Assembly (NCBI GenBank): GCA_964016885.1
Contig: OZ024766.1
Span: forward strand, 2,728,001-2,792,000
DNA: 64,000 bases
Source of the DNA: Eledone cirrhosa
Lineage: Eukaryota
Direction of reading: 5' to 3'
Shown: piece after piece, positions 27,163-40,889 of the stretch
Layout of the letters: each line of letters begins with the position of its first letter
How positions within the stretch are numbered: position 1 is the first letter of the stretch
Program-made: the position numbers and the translations under genes
The notes under the pieces: generated by a model
What the model saw: only the letters and a program-made list of their open reading frames with translations
What the model was told of the DNA's origin: nothing
The model's database searches: none

Positions 27163-28869
27163 CTATTTCACTTCTGTATGAACAGATACATGTCTAGTTA
27201 ATTTACTTTTTTGAGAGAATGATTCACCACAGATATCACAGTGATGAGGTTTCTCTCCCGTATGAATATATTTGTGTTTAGTTAAGTTACTTGACTGATA
27301 GAATGATTTACCACAGATATCACAGTGGTGAGGTTTCTCCCCTGTATGAATACGTATGTGTTGAGTTAATTGACATAACTGACAGAATGATTTACCACAG
27401 ATATCACAGCGATGAGGTTTCTCTCCTGTATGAATACGTCTGTGTAGAATTAAGGCACTTGTACAAGAGAATGATTTACCACAGATATCACAGGGATAAG
27501 GTTTCTCTCCTGTATGACTAAGTTTGTGTATAGTTATATCGCTTTTAAGAGAGAATGATTTACCACAGATATCACAATGATAAGGTTTCTCTTCTGTATG
27601 AATACACTTGTGTTTGGTTAAGTTCTTTTTATGAGAGAATGATTTACCACAGATATCACAATGATAAGGTTTCTCTTCTGTATGAATACACTTGTGTTTG
27701 TTTAAGTTCTTTTTATGAGAGAATGATTTACCACAGATATCACAGTGATAAGGTTTCTCTCCTGTATGACTACGTTTGTGCTTGGTTACGTCACTTGTAG
27801 AAGAGAATGATTTACCACAGATATCACAGGGATAAGGCTTCTCTCCTGTATGACAACGTCTGTGCACAGTTAAACTACATAACTGAGAGAATGATTTACA
27901 ACAGATATCACAGGGATAAGGTTTCTCTCCTGTATGACTACGTTTGTGAATAGTTAAATGACCTAACTGAGAGAATGATTGACCACAGATATCACAGGGA
28001 TAAGGTTTCTCTCCCGTATGACTACGTTTGTGTATAGTTAAATTACATAACTGAGAGAATGATTTACCACAGATATCACAGGGATAAGGTTTCTCTCCTG
28101 TATGACTACGTTTGTGTATAGTTAAGGCACTTGTACGAAAGAATGATTTACCACAGATATCACAGGGATAAGGTTTCTCTTCTGTATGACTACGTTTGTG
28201 TGTGTTTATGTTAGTGGTACAAGAGAATGATTTACCACAGATATCACAGTGATGGGGCTTCTCTCCAGTACACCTATATTTGTGTATAGTTAAGGCACTT
28301 GTACAAGAGAATGATTTACCACAGATATCACAGGGATAAGGTTTCTCTCCTGTATGACTACGTTTGTGTCTAGCTAAATTACTTGTATGAGGGAATGATT
28401 TACCACAGATATCACAGGGATAAGGTTTCTCTCCTGTATGACTACGTTTGTGTATAGTTAAGGCACTTGTACAAGAGAATGATTTACCACAGATATCACA
28501 GGGATAAGGTTTCTCTCCTGTATGACTACGTTTGTGTATAGTTAAGGTACCTGTACAAGAGAATGATTTACCACAGATATCACAGGGATAAGGTTTCTCT
28601 CCTGTATGTCTACGTTTGTGTATAGTTAAGGCACTTGTACAAGAGAATGATTTACCACAGATATCACAGGGATAAGGTTTCTCTCCTGTATGACTACGTT
28701 TGTGTATAGTTAAGGCACCTGTACGAGAGAATGATTTACCACAGATATCACAGTGATGAGGTTTCTTTCTTCTATGAGCACGTCTGTGTCTAGTTAAATG
28801 ATTTGTACGAGAGAATGATTTACCACAGATATCACAGCAGTATGATGATTTTCCTTCTTCTTCAGACAT
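27163..28869 (-). CDS. C2H2 zinc-finger protein, paralog 3: 568 aa, 20 fingers (finger 7 is C2HC)
   Basis: Intact ORF from MSEEEGK to HVSVHTEVK. Confidence 0.95.
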   Translation of the reverse strand: MSEEEGKSSYCCDICGKSFSRTNHLTRHRRAHRRKKPHHCDICGKSFSRTGALTIHKRSHTGEKPYPCDICGKSFSCTSALTIHKRRHTGEKPYPCDICGKSFSCTGTLTIHKRSHTGEKPYPCDICGKSFSCTSALTIHKRSHTGEKPYPCDICGKSFPHTSNLARHKRSHTGEKPYPCDICGKSFSCTSALTIHKYRCTGEKPHHCDICGKSFSCTTNINTHKRSHTEEKPYPCDICGKSFFRTSALTIHKRSHTGEKPYPCDICGKSFSQLCNLTIHKRSHTGEKPYPCDICGQSFSQLGHLTIHKRSHTGEKPYPCDICCKSFSQLCSLTVHRRCHTGEKPYPCDICGKSFSSTSDVTKHKRSHTGEKPYHCDICGKSFSHKKNLNKHKCIHTEEKPYHCDICGKSFSHKKNLTKHKCIHTEEKPYHCDICGKSFSLKSDITIHKLSHTGEKPYPCDICGKSFSCTSALILHRRIHTGEKPHRCDICGKSFCQLCQLTQHIRIHTGEKPHHCDICGKSFYQSSNLTKHKYIHTGEKPHHCDICGESFSQKSKLTRHVSVHTEVK

Positions 28870-29559
28870 CTCTTCAGGAAAAAATATGAATCTTTTAAGT
28901 GCCTTCCTAGAATTTTTTCTCTCAACACAATATATTGATATTTTTGTTTTTAAAGTTTATTCCCAACAAATATTTCCTCTGTTAAATCTCCATCAGCTGT
29001 GCTCTTTTTTGACAAATTCCTTTGTAAATCTTTGCAACTTTAATAAGAATGCAGAATCTTCTTGTACACTTTCCAGATAGGAAGAAGAGAAATCTTTCCA
29101 TCAACCTCAGTTTAGAAGAAATATTTCACTGTAATTCACCAATTGTTGATATACAAAGACTTATATAAACACTGTGTAAAATCTTGTGTTAGTCTTTTAA
29201 ACAATGATATTGATGTTGTATCTGAAGTTAAAATTTCTCTTCTGTCAATGTCATGTGATATTCTGAAATAACAGAGAAACAAAATAAGATATAGACGAGA
29301 GGATATTAAAATGTTGTGATTCAACAATGGAAATTTTACCTTTCTTTAATGATAAATAGTCAACATCATCATCGTTTAACATCCATCTTCCACACTAGTG
29401 TAAAATATATATAATGAAAATAAAAATGATTGTGTACAGTGCTCAGGTGCACTACAACTCATAGAATTATGTACAAATGTCAGGAAAATTAACAGTGTAC
29501 GAGTCCTGATAAACACACACGTGTTCGTGTGTGTGTATGGACAGGGAATATCAGGTGCA

Positions 29560-30170
29560 AGTGATGGAAAATTTGGGGAAGCATGGAAGTTTTGAAGGAT
29601 GCATCAGTGATTCGGGTAATGTCTTCAGGAAAGTCTATGAGTTGATCACAGTCGCTGGAGTTAGGGGTAAATCCAAATTGCGTGGGTCGGATAAGGCTGT
29701 GAGAGTTCCAGAGTGGTTCTCTCATACAGGACTCCATCAGTTTGGCGATGCAGCTAGTTAGATTGACTGGACAATAGTTAAGAGGTGACATGCAATCACC
29801 CTTCTTGAACAAAGGAATGGCACTGGCAGTTTTCCACTGCTCAGAGGTAACTCCATTGTTAAGGTAGAATTGAAAGAAGAGTGAAAGCTGGTGCAGAAAA
29901 AAATAACCACCATGTCTGAGAAGCAGCTACGTAACATAATTACGACCAGGACAAGGATAGTTGAACTTATTCTTATGGTGGCATCATAGTATCGTAGGTG
30001 TAAATTCTATACTTGTTATAGAATTTGATATCAGAGGTGGTGGATATGGTACATTTTGATCATCAATAGTCCAGCCTGTGTGGGGATTGCACAGAGGACT
30101 TACTGGAGAGTGAGGTGTCTTCTTTGAATGTACATATTTCCAGAACACTTTGCAGTGAGGGTTTTTCATA
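29560..30170 (-). mobile_element. Non-LTR retrotransposon RT fragment, paralogous to 22130-22740
   Basis: FKKGDCMSPLNYCPVNLTSCIAKLMES...QFGF. Confidence 0.88.
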
Positions 30171-31564
30171 GTATTAAAATCTTATTATGTAGAAACACCA
30201 ATAAAAAAAGACATCCCCAAAAAAATTGCCATCAGAGAAACCTCCAAGAGTCCCATCTGCTCCATTTTCTAAAAGAATTAGTGGTTTCTGACTGATTTTG
30301 AGGTCAGATTTGCCGAGAACACGGAGATAAAACTTGGGGTGAAAATAAACAATTTCCCTTCGAACGACTGAGGGGTTAGGGTTATAATACAAGGTTGTGA
30401 ACAACATGATTTATTAGACTGAGGTTATTTAAATAATTAAGACAGACATGACAAGGTATTAGTATAGAAGATTGGCAGTATCAGTAGAGCGTTAGACGCA
30501 GTGCTTTACACCATAGAGTTATGTCCCTTTACGGTCTGAGTTCAAATCCCGCCGTGGTTAACTTTGCCTTTCATCCTTACAGGGTCGATAAAATAAAGTA
30601 CCAGTAATACACCGGGTTTGTGCTGGCCTTGTGCCAAAAGTAGAAACAATTATTATAGAAGTACGCCCTGCTTTGATATCAATGGGGGAAAACATTTTCC
30701 CTGTTTCTTTTTTTCGTGTGCTATCAACCAATCTGAACTCCAAAGGGCTCGCAATTGACATTTGTCCAGCAAGATTGAAATGTTGGGAAGGGCTCCCACC
30801 AGCTTCTCGGAGTTTACCCAACCATTTTTCTTTCCAAGTGTTATTAACGAATCTCACCTCCCAACAAGTAGGAAATGACTAGATTTATAGAAAAACTAGG
30901 GTGAAAGGGAGTGAAAAGACGATCGGAGGTTCACAGATCTACACCCACCTCGCCTTTCGTAGGGAAAAATTAAATCTTTTTTATTTTGTGCTGTCAACTA
31001 ATCTGACCCCCAAGGTGCTCCCAATCATCTTTTTCTCCCGGATTAGGGTTTATGTTGACGGGGGTAATTTAAATAATAAAGACACTCATAATAACAATAT
31101 ATTTTATATCACATATAACAGTAGAATCTAGCTATTGTAAAATAAGACAACATTTCAGTCTAGAAGTATTTTCCTGTATATAAAAGTGACGAGGAAGAAA
31201 TATGTCCAAAGTTGTTAAATATTTTCACTTGTATATAATTACTGTATCGTTGAAAGGTTCACATAATTCTATTATTTACACACATTATTATAGACTTCAA
31301 TTAAATCTTTCTCAACTTACCCTCTTCACATGTAATCAATGTGTTGTCTTCTTATATTTTATTAAACAAAGAAATAATCTCCTTGTTGTGGTTGAATAAG
31401 AATTTCCAAAGATTTCATCAGCTTTTCTTTGTCCGCCATTAACGTTGGTGTATCTTCTTATTCTTTAGCCACAGATTCGTATCTTGTCACGATGAAGAAG
31501 TGAAGGAAGCTTGCTTTCTTTCTCCCTCACTTTTAGTATAATGGATTATATATAATATATATAT

Positions 31565-31621
<57 letters not shown>

Positions 31622-32814
31622 CATCATCGACGTTTAACGTCCATTTTTCCATGTTAATATGGGTTATACGAGCTGTCCAGTTTTGTGGCAAGTTAGATCA
31701 GATGACCGTCTCTTGTTTATACACAACTATCTCTAGGTTGGTTTCTACGACTGGATCCCCATCCAAACGCCAACCATGTTTACAGTGTGGAGTTGATGCT
31801 CTTTTCTAAGTAACAAAATGATCACTATACACTGTAAACAGGCCACTTTTTCTTATGTCACCAACACCAGCACTTTACAGGGTGGACTGAGAGCTTCAGT
31901 CAGTTCAGCAGCATTGTGGGAGAGTGTTTATCTTCCCATGTTTGTATACATTGGTTGGTCTAGAGAGGTGCCTCAGTTGTGTAAAGTGTGGTTGCATGTC
32001 TGTTGGGTGGGTACTTAGCTGGTGAAGGGTGGAGTGTTAAGTCGTGGGTGAAAGATGGAGTGTTAAGATATGGGAGGTGTATGGAAGTGGGTGGTCCATA
32101 CTAGTAAGCTCTAGATATTGCTTCCTCTAATACACATGGAAAGGCAGGTCTTCTGAAGTACAGCATAATGCCAGAGATTTCAATCCTATGTCATACACAT
32201 CACACATCCATACCACTACAATCTCTTCTCCTGTACATTGCATCTGACTACTCATATGTCCAGTTTCTCTCTCAGTTCAATTACACTTTGCCATTCATAC
32301 ATAATACTATTACACATCCATCGGAGCAAGTTGAAATGACTGACTTGACAAATACCTCAAATATAAATCTTTTATTGACAAAACAGGGATTGAAATTTAA
32401 GACATTAATACAATTTATAGAATGGTTTATGAAAAACAAATAAATGATTTCAAAAAGAAACAAATCAATACAAAGAGAAAAAGAAAACGAAGCAAAGATA
32501 CACATAGTCCTTTAATAATACACTACAGGGAATGTGGGTGTTGCCCTCTAAATATTTCTTGAGGCCAGTTATAACATTGTCATAGGATAAAGGGTCCCTC
32601 AATTATACACTACAACAGGGAATGTGGGTGTTGCCAAAAAATAAATTTCAACTATCAGACATGAGAATGACATTAATATCATTATTTAGAAGCAATAGAA
32701 ATACTAAGGGTTTCCTTGTGATATTAGTTGACAATAAGTTTATATTTGCAAGATGAAGGACATGTCACATTGCCAAGTTAAAAGGTTTGTTTATTTTTCT
32801 CTGTTTAAGTTACT

Positions 32815-33290
32815 GATATAGTTTTTCACCAGTGTCATCGTTTGTGCTTAGTGAAAGATAAGTTACTGCCAAAATATTCCCCATGTGTTACACAATGGTA
32901 ATATTTCTCTCCAGTGTGGTCTTTTGTTTATTCAAATTAGTGTTACTTCCAAAATATTCCCCACATGTTAAACAATGGTAATATTTCTCTCCAGTGTGGT
33001 CTTGTGTGTTTATTCAAATTAGTGTTACTTTCAAAATATTCCCCACATGTTACACAATGGTAATATTTCTCTCCAGTGTGGTCTTTTGTGTTTATTCAAA
33101 TTAGTGTTACTTCCAAAATATTCCCCACATCTTAAACAATGGTAATATTTCTCTCCAGTGTGGTCTTTTGTGTTTATTCAAGTTACTGTTACTGCCAAAA
33201 TATTCCCCACATGTTAAACAGTGGCCTCTCTCCAGTGTGTGTTCTTTGTTTATTTAAATGACTCCTTACAACAAAAGGGTACCTCTCCAG
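32815..33290 (-). pseudogene. Degenerate zinc-finger relic, 82-bp units (4 + partial)
   Basis: Same unit as 17990-18500. Confidence 0.85.
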
Positions 33291-34363
33291 GGCCTGATAA
33301 TTTGTAAACCGTTGATCTCTTACCCTGTTGCTCAACTTCGTAGAAATAGCAGCCAAATTGCTCTACATTACTAGGTCAATGGAAGGACACACAAATACAT
33401 ATAGTCATACTTCCTTTCCTTTTATTTTATTTTAACCTCACACCCCTCAATTAGTTTCCAACTTGTTACCTTGGTAATTCAAACCCACTCTCATTGTATG
33501 GCTTTTAAACACACATACCCACTTTTCATTTTCATATTCCACAAGGCTTCAAACTACACCACATATGTCTGTCCTGTGTGACCCCTATTTTGAATTCATG
33601 CAGGATTTTTAAAACTATCATACAATAGACATCACACCGCCAGGTCTGACATACTCTATTTATACACCTCAGTGTCATTAATCTTTGTCTGTACATGGTA
33701 CTAGTCTATATTATTCTCTTGTTTTACTATTTCTCTCCTATCTATATCTTATTCCCCTTTGACTAGGCCATCACACAGTTCTCTCCCTTATTTGTCAGTT
33801 GACACACTTACAATGCCCTTTTCTACTATATCTGTGTAATTCACCTAAAGGTATAACTTGCTCTACCTGTTTTATTAAATCCTAATGTGCTGTGGAATGT
33901 ACGGTTTCAACCTTAATGAACCGAAACCTTAGTGATTTCCATAGGTTAGCTGATGAGATAGGACTGTGTTTTTCTTTTGTTTTTTCCATTGTCTTTGTCT
34001 TTGAAAAATATATATATATATATATTTCGTCCAAACCCATGCAAGCGTGGAAGATGGACGTTAAACAATGATGATGATGATATAAATGTATGTGTATGTG
34101 TAAAATTAAAAACCATACGTGGGTGAGAACACAGAGGTTACAAACACAAGAACAATTCCCGCTCATCAGCTGTCTTCTGTGGATCACTACAGTCTTGAAT
34201 GCATTAAATCTTGTATTAAAAATACGATATCAAATTATCTCACCAATGTAAGATATAGTTATAGTGTTTGATGGTTGTTATTACAGTGTAATATCTTCTT
34301 TCATATGTAGATATATTTATGGTTAAAAAGACAAGTTTCATACAATGATTTTTGACACTGATA

Positions 34364-35146
34364 CTATTTCACTTCTGTATGAACAGATACATGTCTAGTT
34401 AATCTACTTTTTTGAGAGAATGATTCACCACAGATATCACAGTGATGAGGTTTCTCTCCTGTATGTATATATTTGTGTCTACTTAAGCTACTTGACTCTG
34501 AAAATGATTTACCACAGATACCACAGTGATAAGGTTTCTCTCCTGTATGACTACGTTTGTGTTTGGTTACGTCACTTGTATGAGAGAATGATTTACCACA
34601 GATATCACAGTGATGAGGTTTCTCTCCTGTATGACTACGTTTGTGTCTAGTGACATCACTTGTATGAGAGAATGATTTACCACAGATATCACAGTGATAA
34701 GGTTTCTCTCCTGTATGACTACGTTTGTGTATAGTTAAATGAGTTGTTCGAGAGAATGATTTACCACAGATATCACAGGGGTAAGGTTTCTCTCCTGTAT
34801 GACTACGCTTGTGTTTGGTTACGTCACTTGTACGAGAGAATGATTTACCACAGATATCACACTGATGAGGTTTCTCTCCTGTATGAATATATTTGTGTCT
34901 AGATAAGCTACTTGAAAGTGAAAATGATTTACCACAGATATCACAGTGATGAGGTTTCTCTCCTGTATGACTATGTTTGTGCATATTTAAATGACCTAAC
35001 TGAGAGAATGATTTACCACAGATATCACAGGGATAAGGTTTCTCTGCTTTATGACTACATTTGTGTCTAGTTACACCACTTATACAGGAGAATGATTTAC
35101 CACAGATATCACAGCAGTATGATGATTTTCCTTCCTCTTCTGACAT
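34364..35146 (-). CDS. C2H2 zinc-finger protein, paralog 4: 260 aa, 9 fingers
   Basis: Intact ORF; ATG at 35146 (track start is TTG). Confidence 0.93.
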   Translation of the reverse strand: MSEEEGKSSYCCDICGKSFSCISGVTRHKCSHKAEKPYPCDICGKSFSQLGHLNMHKHSHTGEKPHHCDICGKSFSLSSSLSRHKYIHTGEKPHQCDICGKSFSRTSDVTKHKRSHTGEKPYPCDICGKSFSRTTHLTIHKRSHTGEKPYHCDICGKSFSHTSDVTRHKRSHTGEKPHHCDICGKSFSHTSDVTKHKRSHTGEKPYHCGICGKSFSESSSLSRHKYIHTGEKPHHCDICGESFSQKSRLTRHVSVHTEVK

Positions 35147-35918
35147 CTCTTCAGGAAAAAATATCAATCTTTTAAGTCTCTTCCTAGAATTTTTTCTCTC
35201 AACACAATATATTGATATTTTTGCTTGGTTTTGTTTTTACAGTTTATTCCCAATAAATATTTCCTCTGTTAAATCTCCATCAGCTCTGCTCTTTGTTGAT
35301 ATCTGAATATGATGCAAATTCCTTTGTAAATTTTTGCAACTTTACTAAGAATGCAGAATCTTCTTGTACATTTTCCAGATAGGAAGAAGAGAAATCTTTC
35401 CATCAACCTCAGTTTAGAAGAAATATTTCACTGTAATTCACCAAATGTTGATATAAAAACACTTATATAAACACTGTGTGAAATCTTGTGTTAGTCTTTT
35501 AAACAATGATATTGATGTTGTATCTGAAGTTAAAATTTCTCTTCTGTCAATGTCATGTGATATTCTGAAATAACAGAGAAACAAAATAAGATATAGAGGA
35601 GAGGATATTAAAATGTTGTGATTCAACAATGGAAATTTTACCTTTCTTTAATGATAAATAGTCAACATCATCATCGTTTAACATCCATCTTCCACACTAG
35701 TGTAAAATTTATATAATGAAAATAAAAATGATACACACACGTATATATACACACATGTATAAACACATGCATTTATATATAAATATACATACACAACATA
35801 TATGTGTATATATATATATATGTGTATACACGTGTGTGTATATATATATGTATATGTGTATATATATGTGCATGTGCATGTGTATATATATATATACACA
35901 CATATACATATATACGTG

Positions 35919-35950
<32 letters not shown>

Positions 35951-36177
35951 TTTATATATATATACGTGTATATATATATATCATCATTTCATTTCATTTT
36001 ACGTCCGCTTCTTCCCTGCTTGCAAGGGTGGGACGGGAACTGATTATGGCTTGATTTCTACAGCTGGATGCCCTTCCTAACACCAACCTCATTTACAGTG
36101 AGTGCTGGGTGCTTTTTTGCCGTGGCACCTCCACGACCACTTTACAGTGGAATGATAGGGACCCCAGTCCCTATCAT

Positions 36178-36320
36178 CTCATTTCTACAGCTGAGTAAAC
36201 TGGAGCAATGTGAAATAAAGTGTCTTGCTCAAGGAAACAACACATCACCTGGTCTGAGAATTGAACTCACAACCTTTCGATTGCAAGGCCAATGCTCTAA
36301 CCACTAAGCCATATGCCTCC
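36178..36320 (-). mobile_element. tRNA-derived CORE-like SINE (also ~46080-46222, 55813-55955)
   Basis: Minus strand: A box TGGCTTAGTGG, B box GAGTTCAATTC, then CCTTGAGCAAGACACTTTATTTCAC...CTCAGCTGTAGAAATG. Confidence 0.8.
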
Positions 36321-36697
36321 ATGTATATATACACATATACATTCATATATATACACATGCATATATGTTGTGTGAGTATATATATACACACACACATACG
36401 TGTGCATGCGTATACATGTAATATGTATACATTGCCACTGGTAAAGGAAGTATTGTTTTTCTTCTGCACCATGCAAAACATTAAGTCAAAGCTATGTACA
36501 TGAAGATATTGGTATTTACTGAAGTTATCTATCAAATATACATAAATGCTGTTGGTCAGACATACTGTCTAAAGACTCTAAATTATTGTCTACACATGGT
36601 TTTAGTAGTTAAGTTATGGATGGACAGTAATGTACTTTCACCAACTGCTATGTTATATGATATTATCTGTGGATTTGTTTGCAATTTTGTAGTTGAT

Positions 36698-38170
36698 TCC
36701 CTCAATGACACACTACAACAGGGAATGTGGGTGAGGCCCTAATATTTCTTGAGGCCAGTTACAGCATTATGTCATGGGATAGAGGGTCCCTCAATTACAC
36801 ACTACAACAGGGAATGTGGGTGTTGCCCTCTAAATATTTCTTGAGGCCAGTTACAGCATTATGTCATGGGACAGAGGGTCCCTCAATTACACACTACAAC
36901 AGGGAATGTGGGTGAGGCACTCTAAATATTTCTTGAGGCCAGTTACAGCATTATGTCATGGGATAGAGGGTCCCTCAATTACACACTACAACAGGGAATG
37001 TGGGTGAGGCACTCTAAATATTTCTTGAGGCCAGTTACAGCATTATGTCATGGGATAGAGGGTCCCTCAATTACACACTACAACAGGGAATGTGGGTGTT
37101 GCCCTCAAAATATTTCTTGAGGCCAGTTACAGCATTATGTCATGGGATAGAGGGTCCCTCAATTACACACTACAACAGGGAATGTGGGTGAGGCACTCTA
37201 AATATTTCTTGAGGCCAGTTACAGCATTATGTCATGGGATAGAGGGTTCCTCAATTACACACTACAATAGGGAATGTGGGTGTTTCCCTCTAAATATTTC
37301 TTGAGGCCAGTTACAGCATTATGTCATGGGATAGAGGGTCCCTCAATTACACACTACAACAGGGAATGTGGGTGAGGCACTCTAAATATTTCTTGAGGCC
37401 AGTTACAGCATTATGTCATGGGATAGAGGGTCCCTCAATTATACACTGGAACAAGGAATGTGGGTGTTGCCCTCTAAATATTTCTTGAGGCCAGTTACAG
37501 CATTATGTCATGGGATAGAGGGTCCCTCAATTACACACTACAATAGGGAATGTGGGTGTTTCCCTCTAAATATTTCTTGAGGCCAGTTACAGCATTATGT
37601 CATGGGATAGAGGGTCCCTCAATTACACACTACAACAGGGAATGTGGGTGTTGCCCTCTAAATATTTCTTGAGGCCAGTTACAGCATTATGTCATGGGAT
37701 AGAGGGTCCCTCAATTACACACTACAACAGGGAATGTGGGTGTTGCCCTCTAAATATTTCTTGAGGCCAGTTACAGCATTATGTCATGGGATAGAGGGTC
37801 CCTCAATTATACACTGGAACAAGGAATGTGGGTGTTGCCCTCTAAATATTTCTTGAGGCCAGTTACAGCATTATGTCATGGGATAGAGGGTCCCTCAATT
37901 ACACACTACAATAGGGAATGTGGGTGTTTCCCTCTAAATATTTCTTGAGGCCAGTTACAGCATTATGTCATGGGATAGAGGGTCCCTCAATTACACACTA
38001 CAACAGAGAATGTGGGTGTTACCCTCTAAATATTTCTTGAGGCCAGTTACAGCATTATGTCATGGGATAGAGGGTCCCTCAATTACACACTATAACAGGG
38101 AATGTGGGTGTTGCCCTCTAAATATTTCTTGAGGTCAGTTACAGCATTAAGTCAGGTATAGAGGGTCCCT
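36698..38170. repeat. Homogeneous 92-bp tandem repeat, ~16 copies
   Basis: GGGAATGTGGGTGTTGCCCTCTAAATATTTCTTGAGGCCAGTTACAGCATTATGTCATGGGATAGAGGGTCCCTCAATTACACACTACAACA. Confidence 0.97.
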
Positions 38171-38173
38171 TCA

Positions 38174-38370
38174 CCCTTTAGCATTCACATTACTCTATAT
38201 ATACTATTATATTTTCATGGTAAATGCTTTATCTCACATAATATCGAATCTATGAGATTTTGAAAGTATTTATTTTGAGAACAATACCGTAACATCAGTT
38301 TGAGCAACCAGTTACAGCCAGTTTCAACAGAAAGAAGTAGAGAATTCTGGCCAGTTTGAACATTAAAGGG
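38174..38370. mobile_element. ~197-bp piggyBac-like MITE (also 47892-48088, 57624-57820)
   Basis: CCCTTTAGCATTCA...TGAACATTAAAGGG flanked by TTCA/TTAA. Confidence 0.75.
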
Positions 38371-38624
38371 TTAACTATACACTACAACAGGGAATGTGGG
38401 TGTTGCCAAAAAATAAATTTAAGAAGACAACTATCAGACATGAGAATGACTTTAATCCCATTTAAAAATAAAATAAAAAAAAATGGAAAGCAATATTTAG
38501 AAGCTGTAGAAATACTAAGGGTTTCCTTGTGATGTTAGTTGACAATAAGTTTATATTTGTAAGATGAAGGACATGTCACATTGTCAAGTTAAAAGGTTTG
38601 TTTATTTTTCTGTTTAAGTTACTG

Positions 38625-38800
38625 ATATAGTTTTTCACCAGTGTCATCTTTTGTGCTTAGTTAAAGATAAGTTACTGCCAAAATATTCCCCACATGTTAA
38701 ACAGTGGCTTCTCTCCAGTGTGTGTTCTTTGTTTATTTAAATGACTCCTTACAACAAAAGATTTTCTATGTTTCACAACGAAAGGGTTTCTCTCCAGAGC
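38625..38800 (-). pseudogene. Short form of the zinc-finger relic without the expanded array (also ~48345-48515, 58075-58250)
   Basis: Same flanks as 17990-18500, with only one partial unit. Confidence 0.75.
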
Positions 38801-40709
38801 CTGATAATTTGTAAACCGTTAAGTGATCTCTTATCCTGTTGCTCAACTTTGTAGAAATAGCAGCCAAATTGCTCTACATTACTAGGTCAATGGAAGGACA
38901 CACAGACACATATATAGTCATATTTCCTTTTAACCTCACCTCCCTCAATTAGATTCCAACTTGTTACCTTGGTAATTCAAACCCACTCTCATTGTATGGC
39001 TATTAAACACACATACCTACTTTTCATTTTCATATTCCACAAGGCTTCAAACTACCACACCACATATATATCTGTCCTGTGTGACCCCTATTTTGAATTC
39101 ATGCAGGATGTTTAAACTATCATATAATAGACATCACACCGCCTGGTCTGACATCCTCTATTCTCCCTTCTCACCTTTTCTACACCTCATGTATAGTTAA
39201 GGCTATAACATCAATAAAAAGAGACATGCAAAGAAAAATTGCCATCAGAGAAACCTCCAAGAGTCTCATCTGCTCCATTTTTTAAAATAATTAGTGGTTT
39301 CTGACTGATTTTGAGGTCAGATTTGTCGAGAACATGGAGATAAAACTTGGGTTGAAAATAAACAATTTCCCTTCGAACGACTGAGGGGTTAGGGTTATAA
39401 TACAAGGTTGTGAACAACATGATTTATTAGACTGAGGTTATTTAAATAATTAAGACAGACATGACAAGGTATTAGTATAGAAGATTGGCAGTATCAGTAG
39501 AGCGTTAGACGCAGTGCTTTACACCATAGAGTTATGTCCCTTTACGGTCTGAGTTCAAATCCCGCCGAGGTTAACTTTGCCTTTCATCTTTGCAGGGTCG
39601 ATAAAATAAAGTACCAGTAATACACAGGGGTTGTGCTGGCCTTGTGCCAAAAGTAGATACAATTATTATAGAAGTATACCCTGCTTTGATATCAGTAGGG
39701 GAAAACATTTTCACTGTTTCCTTTTTTCGTGTGCTATCAACCAATCTGACCTCCAAGGGGCTCGCAATTGACATTTGTCCAGCAAGATTGAAATGTTGGG
39801 AAGGGCTCCCACCAGCTTCTCGGAGTTTACCCAACCATTTTTCTTTCCAAGTGTTATTAACGAATCTCACCTCCCAACAAGTAGGAAATGACTAGATTTA
39901 TAGAAAAACTAGGGTGAAAGGGAGTGAAAAGACGATCGGAGGTTCACAGATCTACACCCACCTCGCCTTTCGTGGGGAATAATTACCTTTTTTTTATTTT
40001 GTGCTGTCAACTAATCTGACCCCCAAGGTGCTCCCAATCATCTTTTTCTCCCGGATTAGGGTTTCTGTTCTCCAGATAGAAATCGATTGTGAGAATCTTG
40101 GAAGTTAGATTAGTTGATAGCACACGAAATAACCGAGGAAAGAAATTATTTTCGCACTGAAATGGAGGGTTGTGCTGTATAAATTGACCTAAACTACACA
40201 TTATAATACAAGGTAGTGAACAACATGATTAAATAGACGGGGGTAATTTAAATAATAAAGACACTTATAATAACAATATATTTTATATCACATGTAACAG
40301 TAGTATCTAGCTATTGTAAAATAAGACAACATTTCAGTCTAGAAGTATTTTCCTGTATATAAAATTGACGAGGAAGAAATATGTCCAAAATCGTTAAATA
40401 TTTTCACTTGTATATAATTACTGTATCGTTGAAAGGTTCACATAATTCTATTATTTACACACATTATTATAGACTTCAAGTAAATCTTTCTCAACTTACC
40501 CTCTTCACATGTAATCAATGTGTTGTCTTCTTATATTTTATTAAACAAAGAAATAATCTCCTTGTTGTTGTTGAATAAGAATTTCCAAAGATTTCATCAG
40601 CTTTTCTTTGTCCGCCATTAACGTTGGTGTATCTTCTTATTCTTTAGCCACAGATTCGTATCTTGTCACAATGAAGCTGTTAAGCTAGCTTTCTTTCTTT
40701 CTCCCTCAG

Positions 40710-40889
40710 TGAATTGGCAGTATCGGTAGAGGGTCTGACATGCTTTCCAGCATAGCCAAGTCCCTTTACGATCTGAGTTCAAATCCCGCCGAGGTTAACT
40801 TTGCCTTTCATCCTTATGGGGTCGATAAAATAAAGTACCAGTAATACACTCGTGTATTGCTGGCCTTGTGCCAAAAGTAGAAACAATTA
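40710..40889 (+). mobile_element. tRNA-derived SINE immediately upstream of the putative first exon (also ~50428-50607, 60156-60335)
   Basis: B box GAGTTCAAATCCC plus GCCTTTCATCCTT..GGGGTCGATAAAAT core; absent at the equivalent site near 24210. Confidence 0.8.

Noticed and set aside
36698-38170. CRISPR-like appearance of the 92-, 84- and 82-bp periodic arrays
   Set aside because: Whole units repeat with no unique spacers, there are no cas genes, and the context is eukaryotic.
39385-39396. GGGTTAGGGTTA telomere-like motif (also ~30373, 49103, 58835)
   Set aside because: Only about two units, too short to call an interstitial telomere.
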